From the NCBI RefSeq assembly GCF_030384885.1, contig NZ_CP128613.1: 64,000 bases of DNA; one strand, given 5' to 3'. Positions 1 to 12,861 of the stretch are shown here, in pieces. Under the pieces are notes generated by a model. The model was not told the DNA's origin and did no database searches. It worked only from the letters and a program-made list of their open reading frames with translations. Numbering within the stretch: the stretch's first letter is position 1; each line of letters opens with the position of its first letter. The position numbers were made by a program, and so were the translations under genes. Source of the DNA: Escherichia coli (GTDB lineage: Bacteria; Pseudomonadota; Gammaproteobacteria; Enterobacterales; Enterobacteriaceae).

Positions 1-528
1 TGCTGCTTCAACGGCGGGATATCCTTGCAGCAAGCCGCTGCCGGAGAATGCCCCTATTACCGTACCAAATACCCACGATGACCATGAACTGAAGGCAATG
101 CCGATCATCCAGTTCTCGCTCCAGCGGCGATTATTGCGTACCAGTTTTGCGGTTGCGGCGGCAAAAACCTCATCCGTCAGGCCAAACGCCCACAGGGCAG
201 TTTTCGATTTTTGCAGACGCTGAATAATACGGCTACGCAGTGACGGGCCATACAAAACATGGCGAACATCCATTGCCATGACGGTCAGTGCAGCAACCCA
301 CAAACTACTCCCGGCTGCCAGCATCGCGGTAATGACGAACTGGCTCGCGCCTGCATAAATGATGCAGGAGAAAAAAACGCTTTCGAGAGGAGAGAATCCC
401 AGACGGGTCGCATTCAGACCAAACGCAAAGGCCACCGGAATATAACTAATAACAATCGGTAAACTGTCTTTGCATCCTTCCATGAAGGTCGCCGAACCAG
501 GAGCAGGCTGTGGAGTAGGGCTTTCCAT
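1..528 (-). CDS. ygaZ: AzlC-family branched-chain amino acid exporter subunit, N-terminal 176 aa (3' end lies beyond window start)
   Basis: Minus-strand translation from ATG (revcomp at 526-528) reads MESPTPQPAPGSATFMEGCKDSLPIVISYIP..., matching YgaZ; synteny next to ygaY/proX. Confidence 0.8.
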   Translation of the reverse strand, partial: MESPTPQPAPGSATFMEGCKDSLPIVISYIPVAFAFGLNATRLGFSPLESVFFSCIIYAGASQFVITAMLAAGSSLWVAALTVMAMDVRHVLYGPSLRSRIIQRLQKSKTALWAFGLTDEVFAAATAKLVRNNRRWSENWMIGIAFSSWSSWVFGTVIGAFSGSGLLQGYPAVEAA

Positions 529-651
529 AGAGTGTACGCTTAACGATTGTTAATATTATAAATAGACTGAATGAATATCTTAACCTTATCAGACTGATGG
601 GCTTCTTAACACCCTTATAAGTGTAAAGCCACGAAAACGGTTGCTGATTGC

Positions 652-1836
652 TTAAATTGCGGCTTCCTGACGATGAAAACCTCGCCACCAGACCAGTAAG
701 TTAACCAGGGCAATCGTCGCGCCAGCCAGACAAACGCCAGCCCAACCGCCATGTTGCCAGGCTGAGGCTGAAATTAGCGAACCGGCGGCACCGCCAATGA
801 AGTAGCTGGTCATGTAACCTGCGGTCAGGCGATTACGCGCATCAGGGTGTATTCGATAAATTACCGTCTGGTTAGTGATATGCACGCCCTGCACGGTGAG
901 ATCCAGCACCAGGATGCCGATAATCAAGGCCAGTACGGAAGTGTGTCCAAACCAGATAGCCAGCCATGAAAGTAACAGCAGCAGCAGGCCGAAAGTTGTG
1001 GTGAGGTGTGATTTGCCCTTATCGGCAAAACCGCCCGCCGGACGAGCGCCCAACGCTCCGGCAGCTCCCGCGAGTCCAAACAGACCAATTACGCCATCGC
1101 TGTAATTAAAAGGCGGAGCGGCGAGCAAAAAGGCCATTGAGGTCCAGAGAATGCTGAAGTTGGCAAAGGTCAGGCAGCCCAGCAACGCGCGGGTGCGCAG
1201 AATTTTATCGCTGATAAACATGCTGAAAACGGAACCAAGCAACTGTGGGTAGTTGAGGTGGGTTTCTGATTTCATTTGTGGCAGACCACGCCATAATGCC
1301 AGCGCCATCAGTGCCATTAACACCGAGGCAACCCAAAAGACGGTGCGCCAGCCGCCGAGGTTTGCCAGCAACCCGGCAACGGTTCGTGCCAGCAAGATCC
1401 CCAACAGCAGCCCGCTCATAATGGTGCCGACCACTTTGCCGCGTTTGTCCGGTGAAGCCAGCGTCGCTGCCAGCGGAACCAGAATTTGTGCCACGACCGA
1501 GAATAAACCGGTTAATGCCGTACCGAGGATCATCATCGCCAGCGACTGACTGCTGGCGGTAATCAACATACCGCCCGCTGCCAGTAAGGTCATCGAGACA
1601 ATCAGGCGGCGGCGTTCAAACATATCACCGAGGGGAACAAGAAACAGCAGACCTGCGGCATAGCCCAACTGCGCGGCGGTAACAATAAAGCCCGCCGAAC
1701 TGGCGGAAAGGGAAAAGTTACGCGCGATGGTGTCGAGTAATGGCTGGGCGTAATAGTTACTGGCTACCGCCAGACCGGTGGCGATAGACATCAGCACGAT
1801 CAGTGCCGGGCTAAGCTCATGATTAGGTTTAGTCAT
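652..1836 (-). CDS. ygaY: MFS transporter, intact 394 aa (K-12 ortholog ygaY is a pseudogene)
   Basis: 12-TM-like hydrophobic ORF from track; position between ygaZ and proX. Confidence 0.75.
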   Translation of the reverse strand: MTKPNHELSPALIVLMSIATGLAVASNYYAQPLLDTIARNFSLSASSAGFIVTAAQLGYAAGLLFLVPLGDMFERRRLIVSMTLLAAGGMLITASSQSLAMMILGTALTGLFSVVAQILVPLAATLASPDKRGKVVGTIMSGLLLGILLARTVAGLLANLGGWRTVFWVASVLMALMALALWRGLPQMKSETHLNYPQLLGSVFSMFISDKILRTRALLGCLTFANFSILWTSMAFLLAAPPFNYSDGVIGLFGLAGAAGALGARPAGGFADKGKSHLTTTFGLLLLLLSWLAIWFGHTSVLALIIGILVLDLTVQGVHITNQTVIYRIHPDARNRLTAGYMTSYFIGGAAGSLISASAWQHGGWAGVCLAGATIALVNLLVWWRGFHRQEAAI

Positions 1837-1939
1837 TATTTTTGTTCATCAGGTGATGATTAAGCTGGAAATCAATAATAGCGGATGTTGATGAATATGG
1901 GATGAAAGATAGATTGTTGAAATGTGCGGTGTGGTTTGC

Positions 1940-2020
1940 AGGCATGATAAGACGCGGCCGCGTCGCATCAGGCATTGTGTACAGAGCGGCGGATGAGGCA
2001 AAAGCGCCTTATCCGCCCGA
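1940..2020. repeat. REP (repetitive extragenic palindrome) elements in ygaY-proX intergenic region
   Basis: ggcatgataagacgcggccgcgtcgcatcaggc and gatgaggcaaaagcgccttatccgcc are classic REP-type palindromes. Confidence 0.5.
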
Positions 2021-2027
2021 ATAAAAA

Positions 2028-3020
2028 TTACTTCTGCGCTGCCAGCGCCTCATTCACCCAGCCATCGAACTGCTGCTGGTGGGCTTTGATCCAGCCATCA
2101 ACGTGGCCCTGGATATCGCCTTCTGAGGCTTTGCCGTCATGCATGATGGCGTTCTGGGCGTTAATGTCTGCCACCGGCAACTGCATAATGGCAAATAGTT
2201 TGGCTGCCGCCGGGTTTTTCTCGGCCCAGGCTTTGTTGGCAACGATATGCATGGTGCTGACCGGGAAGCCATAATTCGCACCATTCGGCAGTTTAGTGTC
2301 GGCGTTTTTATCGCCCGGCAGTGCGGAGAACGGCACCTGCAACCAGACGACATCTTTGCCCGGCTTCAGTTCGTTACTCACCCAGTACGGCGTCCAGGTG
2401 TAGTAAAACACCGGCTTACCCTCTTTGTAACGACTGATGGTGTCAGCCATCATCGCTGCGTAGTTCCCCTGATTATGCGTCACGGTATTGGTCAGTTCAT
2501 ACGCTGCAAGCTGGTGGTTGATCGCACCTTCGCAGCCCCAGCCTGGGTTACAGCCAGTCAAATCTGCTTTACCGTCGCCGTTGGTATCGAACAGTTTGGC
2601 GATCTTCGGATCTTTCAGTTGCGCGATGTTGGTGATTTTGTACTGGTCGGCGGTTTTCTTATCGATCAGGTAACCCTGTGCCGCGCCGTTAACGAATACC
2701 CCTTCACGATAAAATTTCTTATCGCCACCGGCAGCTTCGTACATGTTGTCATGCAGCGGCGTCCAGTTCACGGCGGTGAAGGTTGCATCGCCGGAAGCAA
2801 GTGAGGTGTAGCCAACGTTGTAATCCACTTCGCTGGGTTTATTGACGGTATAACCTAATTTCTCCAGCGCGCGGCTGACCAGCAGCGTCTGGAAAGTTTC
2901 TTCGGTGATGGTGCTCTGAACCGGATTAACAGTAATGCCTTTGCCCGGCAGGTCGGCAGCAAAAGTTTGTGTAGAGATAAGCGTGGCAAACGCTGTCGCA
3001 AAAAGTACGCTATGTCGCAT
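2028..3020 (-). CDS. proX: Glycine betaine/proline ABC transporter periplasmic binding protein
   Basis: ORF 2028..3062; K-12 ProX starts at internal [14 protein letters not shown] (330 aa); signal peptide plus binding-protein sequence. Confidence 0.95.
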
Positions 3021-3077
3021 TGTTATTCCTTTTTTTGGCAGGGTGATAATGCCCGGCGTCACCGGGCAAGTGCAGAG

Positions 3078-4142
3078 TTACTTAATGAATGGGCGGGTCA
3101 GCAGACCGACAGGGCCAGTGGTGTACCAGCGACGGTTGCCGCGACTGCGTGAGTCGCGCCCAACGGCCTGCGTCAGGCGGTCGAGGATAATGGCGAGGAT
3201 CACAATCCCGACGCCGCCAACGGTGGCAAGGCCCATATCCAGACGACCGATACCGCGTAGTACCATCTGACCCAGCCCGCCGACGGCAATCATCGAGGCG
3301 ATGACCACCATAGAAAGGGCCAGCATCAGCGTCTGGTTAACGCCCGCCATTATGGTCGGCATCGCCAGCGGTAACTGAACTTTGAACAGCATTTGACGCG
3401 GGCTGGCACCGAATGAGCGCGAGGCTTCAATTAAATCCGCCGGAACCTGATTAATACCAAGAATCGTCAGACGGATAATCGGCGGCAGAGCAAAGATTAT
3501 AGTCACCACTACGCCCGGCACGTTGCCGATACCAAACAGCATGACGATTGGCACCAGATAAACAAACGCTGGCGTGGTCTGCATGGCATCAAGCAGTGGA
3601 CGAATAATTTTCGCCGCTCGCGGACTTCTCGCGAGCCAGATCCCCAACGGCAAACCTATGACGATACAGAACAGCAGGGCGGTTAACACCAGCGCCAGGG
3701 TAACCATGGCCTGCGACCAGGCACCGATTGCGCCGATGGCAATCAGCGAAACCAGCGTCGCCACGCCCATTCCGACCCCGGAAATCTGCCAGGCGATGAG
3801 AGCGAAAACGATAATCGCCACCGGCGCGGGCATACCCAGCAGCAATTGCTGGAAACCGTTGAGGATGTAATCGACCGGAACGCGCACGCCCTGAAAGACG
3901 GGACGAAAATGGGTAACGACCCAGTCGATCCCTTCAGTGACCCAACTGTCGAGCGGGATCAGCGTTTTATGGAACGGATCGAGAATATTAAAATGTTCGA
4001 CATTTGGCGCAGGCGTACTGGTCAGCCAGTCAGCGCCACCGCCGTCAGTCGGTGCAGTCGCCGGTGTACCCCAGGCGTCTGCGGATTGTGCAGCACTGTC
4101 CGCCGCTGGCGTGGTATCCCACGGATTATTTTGATCAGCCAT
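3078..4142 (-). CDS. proW: Glycine betaine/proline ABC transporter permease
   Basis: 354-aa membrane ORF with long N-terminal periplasmic tail; proU synteny. Confidence 0.95.
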   Translation of the reverse strand: MADQNNPWDTTPAADSAAQSADAWGTPATAPTDGGGADWLTSTPAPNVEHFNILDPFHKTLIPLDSWVTEGIDWVVTHFRPVFQGVRVPVDYILNGFQQLLLGMPAPVAIIVFALIAWQISGVGMGVATLVSLIAIGAIGAWSQAMVTLALVLTALLFCIVIGLPLGIWLARSPRAAKIIRPLLDAMQTTPAFVYLVPIVMLFGIGNVPGVVVTIIFALPPIIRLTILGINQVPADLIEASRSFGASPRQMLFKVQLPLAMPTIMAGVNQTLMLALSMVVIASMIAVGGLGQMVLRGIGRLDMGLATVGGVGIVILAIILDRLTQAVGRDSRSRGNRRWYTTGPVGLLTRPFIK

Positions 4143-5337
4143 TATTTACCCCCTCACGATCTAAAGCGCGCAGCAGCATTCCTTTCGAAATGATGCCGAC
4201 ATACTGTTGGTCCTCGTCGACCACGGGCACCGCACAGGGCGCTTGTCCGACATGAGAGAGCAACTCGCTAAGAGGCGTTTGCGCATCGACTGCTAATGGT
4301 GCATCAATCAGCGCCGCATCAAGACCTTGCTGCTGCGTTAACGCGGTTTTAAGCGAATCGATAGACACAGCGCCGACAAACTTATTACCGCGTTCGATAA
4401 CGTAGCCATATTCGCGGTCTTCATCCTGCAATAATTTCAATGCCGAACGTGGGCCGAAGCCAGGGGTTTTACGAATTAAGCCATTCGGTGTCCGACGGGC
4501 AATATCTTTCGCACTGAATACCTGACTAATATCAACGCCACGGAAGAAGGTACGGACATAATCATTCGCCGGATTATTGAGAATTTCATCCGGTGTGCCA
4601 ACCTGCACCACTTCACCATTTTGCATAATGGCAATTCGGTCGCCAATACGCATAGCTTCGTCGAGATCGTGAGAAATAAAGACAATGGTACGTTGATGTT
4701 TCGCCTGTAATTTTACCAGCTCATCCTGCATCTCAGTGCGAATTAATGGATCAAGCGCCGAGAAGGCTTCGTCCATTAATAATATATCCGGATTAATTGC
4801 TAATGCGCGTGCTAATCCGACGCGTTGACGCATCCCACCAGAGAGCTCGTCCGGGTAGCTATGGGCATAATTTTCCAGCCCGACCTGACGCAGTGCATCA
4901 AGGGCTTTTTCCCGACGTTCTTCGGCATTAATTCCGGCCAATTCCATACCGAATGCAGTATTGTCCAGCACGGTCATATGCGGCATTAAGGCAAAGGACT
5001 GGAAGACCATCGCAATCTTTTTTCTGCGCACCTCACGGAGTTCGGCGTCGGATATTTTGGCAATATCCACACCATCAATCAGCACTTGCCCGCGGGTGGG
5101 TTCAATCAGGCGATTGAGAAGGCGTACCATTGTGGATTTACCCGAACCGGATAATCCCATGATGACAAATATCTCGCCTTCTTCAATGGCCAGACTGGCG
5201 TCTTTTACGCCAAGCGATAGCCCGGTTTTTTCCAGAATTTGTTCTTTTGAAAGTCCTTGTTCGATATATTTGAACGCTCGCTGAGGATGCTCGCCAAATA
5301 TTTTATAGAGATTTTTAATTTCTAATTTAATTGCCAT
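4135..5337 (-). CDS. proV: Glycine betaine/proline ABC transporter ATPase with tandem CBS domains
   Basis: 400 aa; Walker [18 protein letters not shown] signature, C-terminal CBS region. Confidence 0.95.
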   Translation of the reverse strand: MAIKLEIKNLYKIFGEHPQRAFKYIEQGLSKEQILEKTGLSLGVKDASLAIEEGEIFVIMGLSGSGKSTMVRLLNRLIEPTRGQVLIDGVDIAKISDAELREVRRKKIAMVFQSFALMPHMTVLDNTAFGMELAGINAEERREKALDALRQVGLENYAHSYPDELSGGMRQRVGLARALAINPDILLMDEAFSALDPLIRTEMQDELVKLQAKHQRTIVFISHDLDEAMRIGDRIAIMQNGEVVQVGTPDEILNNPANDYVRTFFRGVDISQVFSAKDIARRTPNGLIRKTPGFGPRSALKLLQDEDREYGYVIERGNKFVGAVSIDSLKTALTQQQGLDAALIDAPLAVDAQTPLSELLSHVGQAPCAVPVVDEDQQYVGIISKGMLLRALDREGVNNG

Positions 5338-5692
5338 GCAATAGAAAGATTCCTGTTATTTGTTTATGTCGATACATTACCCAATGGAAATAGTCACTTT
5401 TTTCTACCCTAACATACTGAGAATCTGAGGCAACCCCTGATGGTAAATGTGGCATGAATATTGATGCGAGCAAATCGCCGGAATTTCCCGTGATATAAGG
5501 GCTGAGAGCGAATCGAGAAAAGTTGATATTTTTTGTCATAGATAGCGAAAAAACGCCTGAATATTGTGGTTTCAGGCGAATAATGCAACAGAGTATCAGT
5601 GTAGATCACCACAAAATATTTGCGTGATAAAAAGCTATTTGGCAGGAATTATTTCCCTACTGTGGTTGGTGATATTTTTGAAAATAACACAC

Positions 5693-6661
<969 letters not shown>

Positions 6662-8806
6662 TTAAAGCGCGCAGGAGACGCAGCCTTCAATTTCAGTACC
6701 TTCCAGCGCCATCTGACGCAGGCGGATGTAGTAGAGCGTTTTGATACCTTTGCGCCAGGCGTAAATCTGCGCTTTGTTGATATCGCGAGTGGTGGCGGTA
6801 TCGGGGAAAAACAGTGTCAGCGACAGCCCCTGATCGACATGGCGAGTCGCTTCGGCGTAGGTGTCGATGATCTTTGCTGCGCCGATTTCGTAAGCGTCCT
6901 GATACAGCGCCAGATTCTCGTTAGTCATAAACGGGGCAGGGTAGTAAACGCGTCCTGTTTTGCCCTCTTTGCGTATCTCTACTTTCGCCACAATCGGATG
7001 AATACTCGACGTGGCATGGTTGATATAAGAGATGGAACCGGTTGGCGGCACCGCCTGGAGATTTTGGTTGTATATGCCATAGCGCATCACGTCGTCGCGC
7101 AGCTGCGCCCACATCTCACGGGTAGGTAACGTAATACCGCTGCGGGCAAACAGTTCGCCAACTTTCGCCGTTTTCGGCTGCCAGTTCCCTTGCAGATATT
7201 GGCTGAAATATTCACCATTGGCATAGCGTGACTGTTTGAACCCGGCGAAGGTTTCACTGCGTTCGCGCGCCAGCAACATCGAGGTACGCAGTGCGTGCCA
7301 GGTGATGGTATAGAAATAGAGATTGGTGAAATCCAGTGCTTCCGGCGAACCATAGGCGATGCCTTCTCGCGCCAGATAACCGTGTAAATTCATCTGCCCC
7401 AGACCGATAGCGTGTGAGGCGGCATTTCCGGCTTCGATGGACGGCACGCTGCGAATATGACTCATATCTGACACCGCAGTTAAACCGCGCACGGCGATCT
7501 CTACCGTGCGGGCAAAGTCGGGGGAATCCATGGTGTGGGCAATATTCAACGAACCTAAATTGCAGGAAATATCATGGCCTGTGCGGGCATAGTCGAGATT
7601 CTCGTCATACTCTGAGGCGCTGTTAACCTGTAAAATTTCTGAGCAGAGATTGCTCATATTTATGCGCCCGGCGATAGGGTTAGCACGGTTAACCGTGTCT
7701 TCATACATGATGTAGGGATAGCCGGACTCAAACTGGATTTCTGCCAGTCGCTGGAAGAAATCACGGGCGTTGATGTATTTTTTGCGGATTCGCTCATCGG
7801 CAACCAGTTCGTCATAGTGTTCACTGATGGCGATATCGGCAAACGGCTTGCCATAAACACGCTCAACGTCATAGGGCGAAAACAGTGCCATCTGCGCATT
7901 CTCTTTTGCCAGATGGAAGGTGATATCCGGGATAACCACGCCCAGCGACAGCGCTTTAATGCGGATTTTCTCGTCGGCATTTTCCCGCTTTGTATCGAGA
8001 AAACGCAGAATATCGGGATGATGGGCATGTAAATAGACTGCGCCAGCACCCTGACGAGCGCCGAGCTGGTTGGCATAGGAAAATGCGTCCTCCAGCATTT
8101 TCATCACCGGAATCACGCCAGAAGATTGATTTTCAATACGTTTAATTGGCGCGCCCGCTTCCCGCAGATTCGACAGCAAAAATGCCACGCCGCCGCCGCG
8201 TTTCGACAGTTGTAGTGCGGAATTTACCGCCCGGCCAATCGACTCCATATTGTCTTCAATACGCAGCAAAAAACAGGAAACCAGTTCGCCGCGCTGCCGC
8301 TTACCGCAGTTGAGGAATGTCGGTGTTGCAGGCTGAAAGCGTCCTGACAGCATCTCATCGGTCAGTTGCGTAGCCAGTGTTTTATCGCCTTGTGCCAGCG
8401 TCAGCGCCACCATCGTGACTCGATCGGCAAAATCTTCCAGATAATGCTTACCGTCGAATGTCTTCAACGTATAGCTGGTGTAAAACTTCCATGCTCCGAG
8501 GAATGTCTGAAAACGAAAACCGCTGGCGTGTGCGTGGGCAAACAGCGTAATGACAAAATCGCGAGAGTAGCGGTTGAGGACGTTTTCATCATAGTAACCT
8601 TCGTTGACCAGCCAGTTCAGGCGCTGCTGCTGGCTACTGAAGGTCACACTGTTCGGACGCACATGTGTCGCCATAAAGGCGTCAACGGCCTGGCGATCTT
8701 TATCGAACTGAATGCGACCTGCGCTATCGTAAAGGTTAAGCATCGCATTCAGAGCGTGGTAATCCATCGTTTCCTGCGTCAGGCGTTCTGCGGTTGTCGT
8801 TGCCAA
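6662..8806 (-). CDS. nrdE: Class Ib ribonucleotide reductase alpha subunit
   Basis: 714-aa ORF ending ...GCVSCAL (C-terminal redox cysteines). Confidence 0.95.
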
Positions 8807-9189
8807 AATTCGGTTACTCCTTTACGAACGTTTTCGATATCGCTTTGCGTACCCATGAGTTCAAAGCGGTACAGCCACGGCACGCCGCATTTCCGGGCAA
8901 TCACATCTCCGGCGCGGCCATACGCCTCACCAAAGTTGCGATTACCCGAAGCAATAACGCCGCGAAGCAACGCCCGGTTATGCTCGTCGTTTAAAAAGCG
9001 AATGACCTGTCGTGGCACCGCGCCAGCTGTACCGCCGCCGCCGTAAGAGGGCACGATCAGGATGTAAGGCTCGTCTACCTGAATCCGTTCCCGCTCATTG
9101 AGCGGGATGCGCACCGCGGGCAGCCCTAAACGTTCGATAAAACGCTGCGTATTTTCGGAGCTGCTGGAAAAGTAGACGAGCTGGCTCAT
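8779..9189 (-). CDS. nrdI: Flavodoxin-like NrdI
   Basis: 136-aa ORF overlapping nrdE start. Confidence 0.95.
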
Positions 9190-9431
9190 GCACTGGCCGC
9201 GTGTGGCGCTGAATGCAGACGATTGATCATGTCCGGGCGGAAACCAGACCAGCTAAGATCGCCTGCAATCACTACCGGCAACTGACGAAAGCCCTGAGCA
9301 CGTAACGCTTCCGCCGCTTCAGGAACGCGATCGACATTAATCATTTCAAAATCAAAGCCCCGGTTTTCCATCGCCCGTTTGGTGGCGTGGCACTGAACGC
9401 AATCGTTACGAGTGTAAATAGTAATGCGCAT
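9186..9431 (-). CDS. nrdH: Glutaredoxin-like NrdH-redoxin
   Basis: 81 aa, CVQC redox motif. Confidence 0.95.
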
Positions 9432-9639
9432 GATTCGTATTTCCGTTTAAAATGAAGATACGGCGCGATGATACGCGTCGGGTTGTCTCTCTGCTGATAC
9501 AGAGATACTAGATGTAGTTGAAAAAAGATTCAACCATACAAGATATGGGAATTTTAGATTGATTACACCACCGATGAATGGCTCAACGGGGTAGGGGATT
9601 TTGTGTTTTTTTGCCGGGCGATTGCCCGGCATCAGGAAG
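9432..9639 (-). promoter_or_regulatory. nrdHIEF upstream control region (Fur/NrdR-regulated in E. coli)
   Basis: AT-rich leader upstream of nrdH; assignment by established knowledge of nrdHIEF regulation, boxes not individually resolved. Confidence 0.3.
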
Positions 9640-10071
9640 TTACATCCGCATGGAAACGGCCAGGCGGTTAAAGCAATTCATCAGCCCGATGGCAAATGTT
9701 AAGTCGCTGATTTCTGCTGCGCTGAAATGCTCAAGCAAAGGCTGATAAACGTCGTCCTCCGCATGGGTTCGGGCAATATCGGTCACCGATTCCGCCCATG
9801 CCAGCGCCGCCCGCTCGCGATCGTCAAAATGATGGCTTACGCGCCAGCCTGCCAGGGCATCCAGCTTATGCTGCGGCACACCGGATTTGCGTAATGCTTT
9901 GCTGTGCATCTCCAGACAAAATGCGCAACCATTGATTTGCGAGACGCGCAAATAAACTAACTCCATCAGCGTAGTTTCCAGCGTGCTATTTTCCAGCGCC
10001 GTTTTGGCCTGCACCAGCGCGTTATATACCGTTGGGCTAAGTTCGTAGTAAGGCTGACGTAATGTAGTCAT
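9640..10071 (-). CDS. Carboxymuconolactone decarboxylase/AhpD-family protein
   Basis: 143 aa with AhpD-core CxxC..H motif (NGCAFCLEMH); absent from K-12 at this position. Confidence 0.7.
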   Translation of the reverse strand: MTTLRQPYYELSPTVYNALVQAKTALENSTLETTLMELVYLRVSQINGCAFCLEMHSKALRKSGVPQHKLDALAGWRVSHHFDDRERAALAWAESVTDIARTHAEDDVYQPLLEHFSAAEISDLTFAIGLMNCFNRLAVSMRM

Positions 10072-10158
10072 ACAGTTTCTCCTCTTATTAACGCCCGCAA
10101 TGTAGCACTATAATGGACTGCTAAAGAGAGCCATAAATTACCTAAAAAAGCAGACCAT

Positions 10159-11493
10159 ATGCCGCGCTATCAGGATATCGCCCGTCAGTTAAAAACGGCT
10201 ATTGAGCAAGGGGAACTGAAACCCGGCGCAAGGCTACCTTCAAGTCGTACCTGGTCGCAGGAACTGGGGGTGTCTCGATCCACTGTCGAAAATGCGTATG
10301 CTGAGCTGGTGGCGCAAGGATGGCTGATCAGGCGGGGACAGGCTGGCACATTTGTCAGTGAGCAGATATATCCGCAACAATCTACTGTACAAGTTGTGGC
10401 TTTTGCCGGTGAAAGTCAGCAACCGTTGCCATTTCAAATGGGATTACCCGCACTCGATCTCTTTCCGCGAGAGCTGTGGGCGCGGGTGATGGGGCGTCGC
10501 CTTCGTACCCAGACGCGCTTTGATTTGGCGTTAGGCGATGTCTGCGGTGAGGCGGCGTTGCGTGAGGCAATAGTTGATTACTTACGCGTTTCACGTGGGA
10601 TTGATTGTCAGCCAGAGCAGGTCTTTATCACTCACGGTTATGCGGCCTCAATGGCTTTAATTCTGCACGCGCTGGCGAAACCGGGAAACGGGATGTGGAT
10701 GGAAGATCCCGGCTTTCCACTGATTCGCCCGATTGTCACTCGCCACGGTGTGGAAATTTTGCCTGTGCCGGTTGATGACAACGGACTGGATATCACAAGA
10801 GGAATACAAAATTATCCTGATGCGTGTTTTGCCCTGATAACACCAGCACACCAAAGCCCGCTGGGTGTGGCGCTCTCTTTAGCGCGCAGGCATCAGATAC
10901 TGGAATGGGCAGAGCGTAGTCAGGCATGGATTATTGAAGATGATTATGACAGTGAGTTTCGCTATCACGGTAAGCCGTTACCGGCGTTAAAAAGTCTCGA
11001 TGCACCGCAGCGGGTAATTTATGCCGGAACATTCAGCAAAGCACTATTTCCTGCATTGCGCTGTGCGTGGCTGGTGGTGCCGGTGAAGCAAATTGCACAA
11101 TTCCGCCACCAGGCGTCACTGGCTCCATGTGCGGTACCTGTTCTATGGCAGAACACACTGGCAGACTTTCTTCGCGAGGGGCATTTCTGGCGGCATCTGA
11201 AGAAAATGCGTCAGCATTATGCTCAACGTCGGCAATGGATTGAGCAAGCGTTGACGCAGCAGGGATTTCAGGTTGTGCCGCAGAAAGGTGGTATCCAGAT
11301 GGTGATCAGAATGATGGGCGATGATATTGCCCATGCGCGTAAAGCCAATGCTGCAGGCCTTGCGGTGCAGGCACTTAGCGACTGGCGTATCCGCTCAAGT
11401 GGGGAAGGTGGATTACTTCTCTCTTTTACCAATATCGTTAACGAAGGTATGGCGCGACAGGTAGCACAACAATTACGTAAAGCCTTAAGCTAA
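10159..11493 (+). CDS. MocR/GabR-type regulator (GntR HTH + PLP aminotransferase-fold domain)
   Basis: 444 aa; N-terminal GntR-like HTH (SSRTWSQELGVSRSTVENAY), large class-I aminotransferase-like C-domain with SKALFP lysine region; divergent from AhpD-like gene. Confidence 0.8.
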   Translation: MPRYQDIARQLKTAIEQGELKPGARLPSSRTWSQELGVSRSTVENAYAELVAQGWLIRRGQAGTFVSEQIYPQQSTVQVVAFAGESQQPLPFQMGLPALDLFPRELWARVMGRRLRTQTRFDLALGDVCGEAALREAIVDYLRVSRGIDCQPEQVFITHGYAASMALILHALAKPGNGMWMEDPGFPLIRPIVTRHGVEILPVPVDDNGLDITRGIQNYPDACFALITPAHQSPLGVALSLARRHQILEWAERSQAWIIEDDYDSEFRYHGKPLPALKSLDAPQRVIYAGTFSKALFPALRCAWLVVPVKQIAQFRHQASLAPCAVPVLWQNTLADFLREGHFWRHLKKMRQHYAQRRQWIEQALTQQGFQVVPQKGGIQMVIRMMGDDIAHARKANAAGLAVQALSDWRIRSSGEGGLLLSFTNIVNEGMARQVAQQLRKALS

Positions 11494-11519
11494 AAAACCC
11501 CGAAATCAGGCTTCGGGGT
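11493..11519 (-). terminator. Rho-independent terminator downstream of ygaM (hairpin ccccgaa...ttcgggg followed by U-run on minus strand)
   Basis: aaaaaccccgaaatcaggcttcggggt; on the minus strand the stem is followed by TTTTT. Confidence 0.5.
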
Positions 11520-11549
11520 CAAAGACGCGTATTTATTATCATTGTTGCA

Positions 11550-11879
11550 CTACGATTTGCGCATGCTTAACAGTGCGCCGATAAAAATACCTACCGCAGC
11601 TGCTGTACCCACGCTACACCAGGGTCTTTCACGAACAAAAGAATCCGCGCAGCCAACGGCATCGCGCGCGGCTTGCTGGACGCGAGTACGACCATGCATT
11701 CGCGCTCTGGTTTCTTTCAGTAGAGCCTGCGCTTTACTACGAGCGGCTTCGGCTTCCCCTTTGGCGTCGCTGCCCCAGGACTTCAATACAGACTCGAGAC
11801 TGTCAGCCAATTGATTGACATCATTCTGGATATCCTGCACGCCATCATCAACGTCGTTGCGGTTCGGTCGGTTAAACAT
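11550..11879 (-). CDS. ygaM: ElaB/YqjD-family (DUF883) ribosome/membrane-associated protein
   Basis: ORF 11550..11891; K-12 start MFNRPNRNDVDDG (109 aa), C-terminal TM segment. Confidence 0.85.
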   Translation of the reverse strand: MFNRPNRNDVDDGVQDIQNDVNQLADSLESVLKSWGSDAKGEAEAARSKAQALLKETRARMHGRTRVQQAARDAVGCADSFVRERPWCSVGTAAAVGIFIGALLSMRKS

Positions 11880-12030
11880 ATGATCCCCCATTAGAATTCG
11901 ATGTAATTTTCAGTGTAGACCATAATTTTCTTAACTGAGGTTCATCGCGGCTTTATGGACTTTTCTGAAAGCGTTGTGAATGCGCAATCAGGTAAGGTAG
12001 GACCGCAGTTGATAATAACGAGGATCAAAT

Positions 12031-12375
12031 ATGTATTTACGACCAGACGAGGTGGCGCGCGTACTTGAAAAAGTCGGTTTTACTGTCGATGTGGTAACCC
12101 AGAAAGCTTATGGCTACCGCCGTGGGGAAAATTATGTCTATGTTAATCGCGAAGCGCGAATGGGACGTACCGCCCTGGTGATTCATCCAACATTAAAAGA
12201 ACGTAGTTCAACACTGGCTGAACCCGCTTCCGATATTAAAACGTGCGACCATTACCAGCAATTTCCGCTCTATTTAGCGGGTGAACGTCATGAGCATTAC
12301 GGTATCCCACATGGCTTTAGTTCGCGTGTTGCGCTTGAACGTTATTTGAATGGTTTATTTGGCGAAGCCAGTTAA
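12031..12375 (+). CDS. ygaC: Uncharacterized protein YgaC
   Basis: 114-aa ORF in conserved position between ygaM and alaE. Confidence 0.8.
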
Positions 12376-12411
12376 AGACGCGACTGGCGATGCCAGTCGC
12401 GAAAAGAAGGG

Positions 12412-12861
12412 TCAGGCTTTTACCTGCTGGTAACGGCTGACTTTAAACAGTCGGCGGCAATAATCGAGGAAGTAGCCATAAACCGCCCCCATCAACATCG
12501 AAACAACGATGTTTGAACTGACCGCCGCCATAATCTGATGCCAGTCTGCGCCCACCACTAACAAGATCGCCACATACACCGGTGACTGGAACGTCACATA
12601 CGCCAGGATATCCGCCAGATTTTTTACCCAGCCCGACGGACTAACTTTGCGTGCCGCGCGCATAAACAGATCGCGGTACATACCGTATGGCCATGCAATT
12701 AAGATGTTTACCGGAATCGCTACCAATCTGGAATAAATAGACTGTTCGAAGCTCATTCCGGAGAGGAAAACTTCAATACACATGTTCACGACAGAACAGT
12801 AAACAACCATCGCGAACGTATCTGCAACTGCATGACGCAAGCGTGACTGCGGTGAGAACAT
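12412..12861 (-). CDS. alaE: L-alanine exporter
   Basis: 149-aa 4-TM membrane protein; position upstream of stpA. Confidence 0.85.
   Translation of the reverse strand: MFSPQSRLRHAVADTFAMVVYCSVVNMCIEVFLSGMSFEQSIYSRLVAIPVNILIAWPYGMYRDLFMRAARKVSPSGWVKNLADILAYVTFQSPVYVAILLVVGADWHQIMAAVSSNIVVSMLMGAVYGYFLDYCRRLFKVSRYQQVKA

Noticed and set aside
8366-9046. 226-aa + strand ORF antisense to nrdE/nrdI
   Set aside because: Embedded antisense in conserved nrdE; no independent support.
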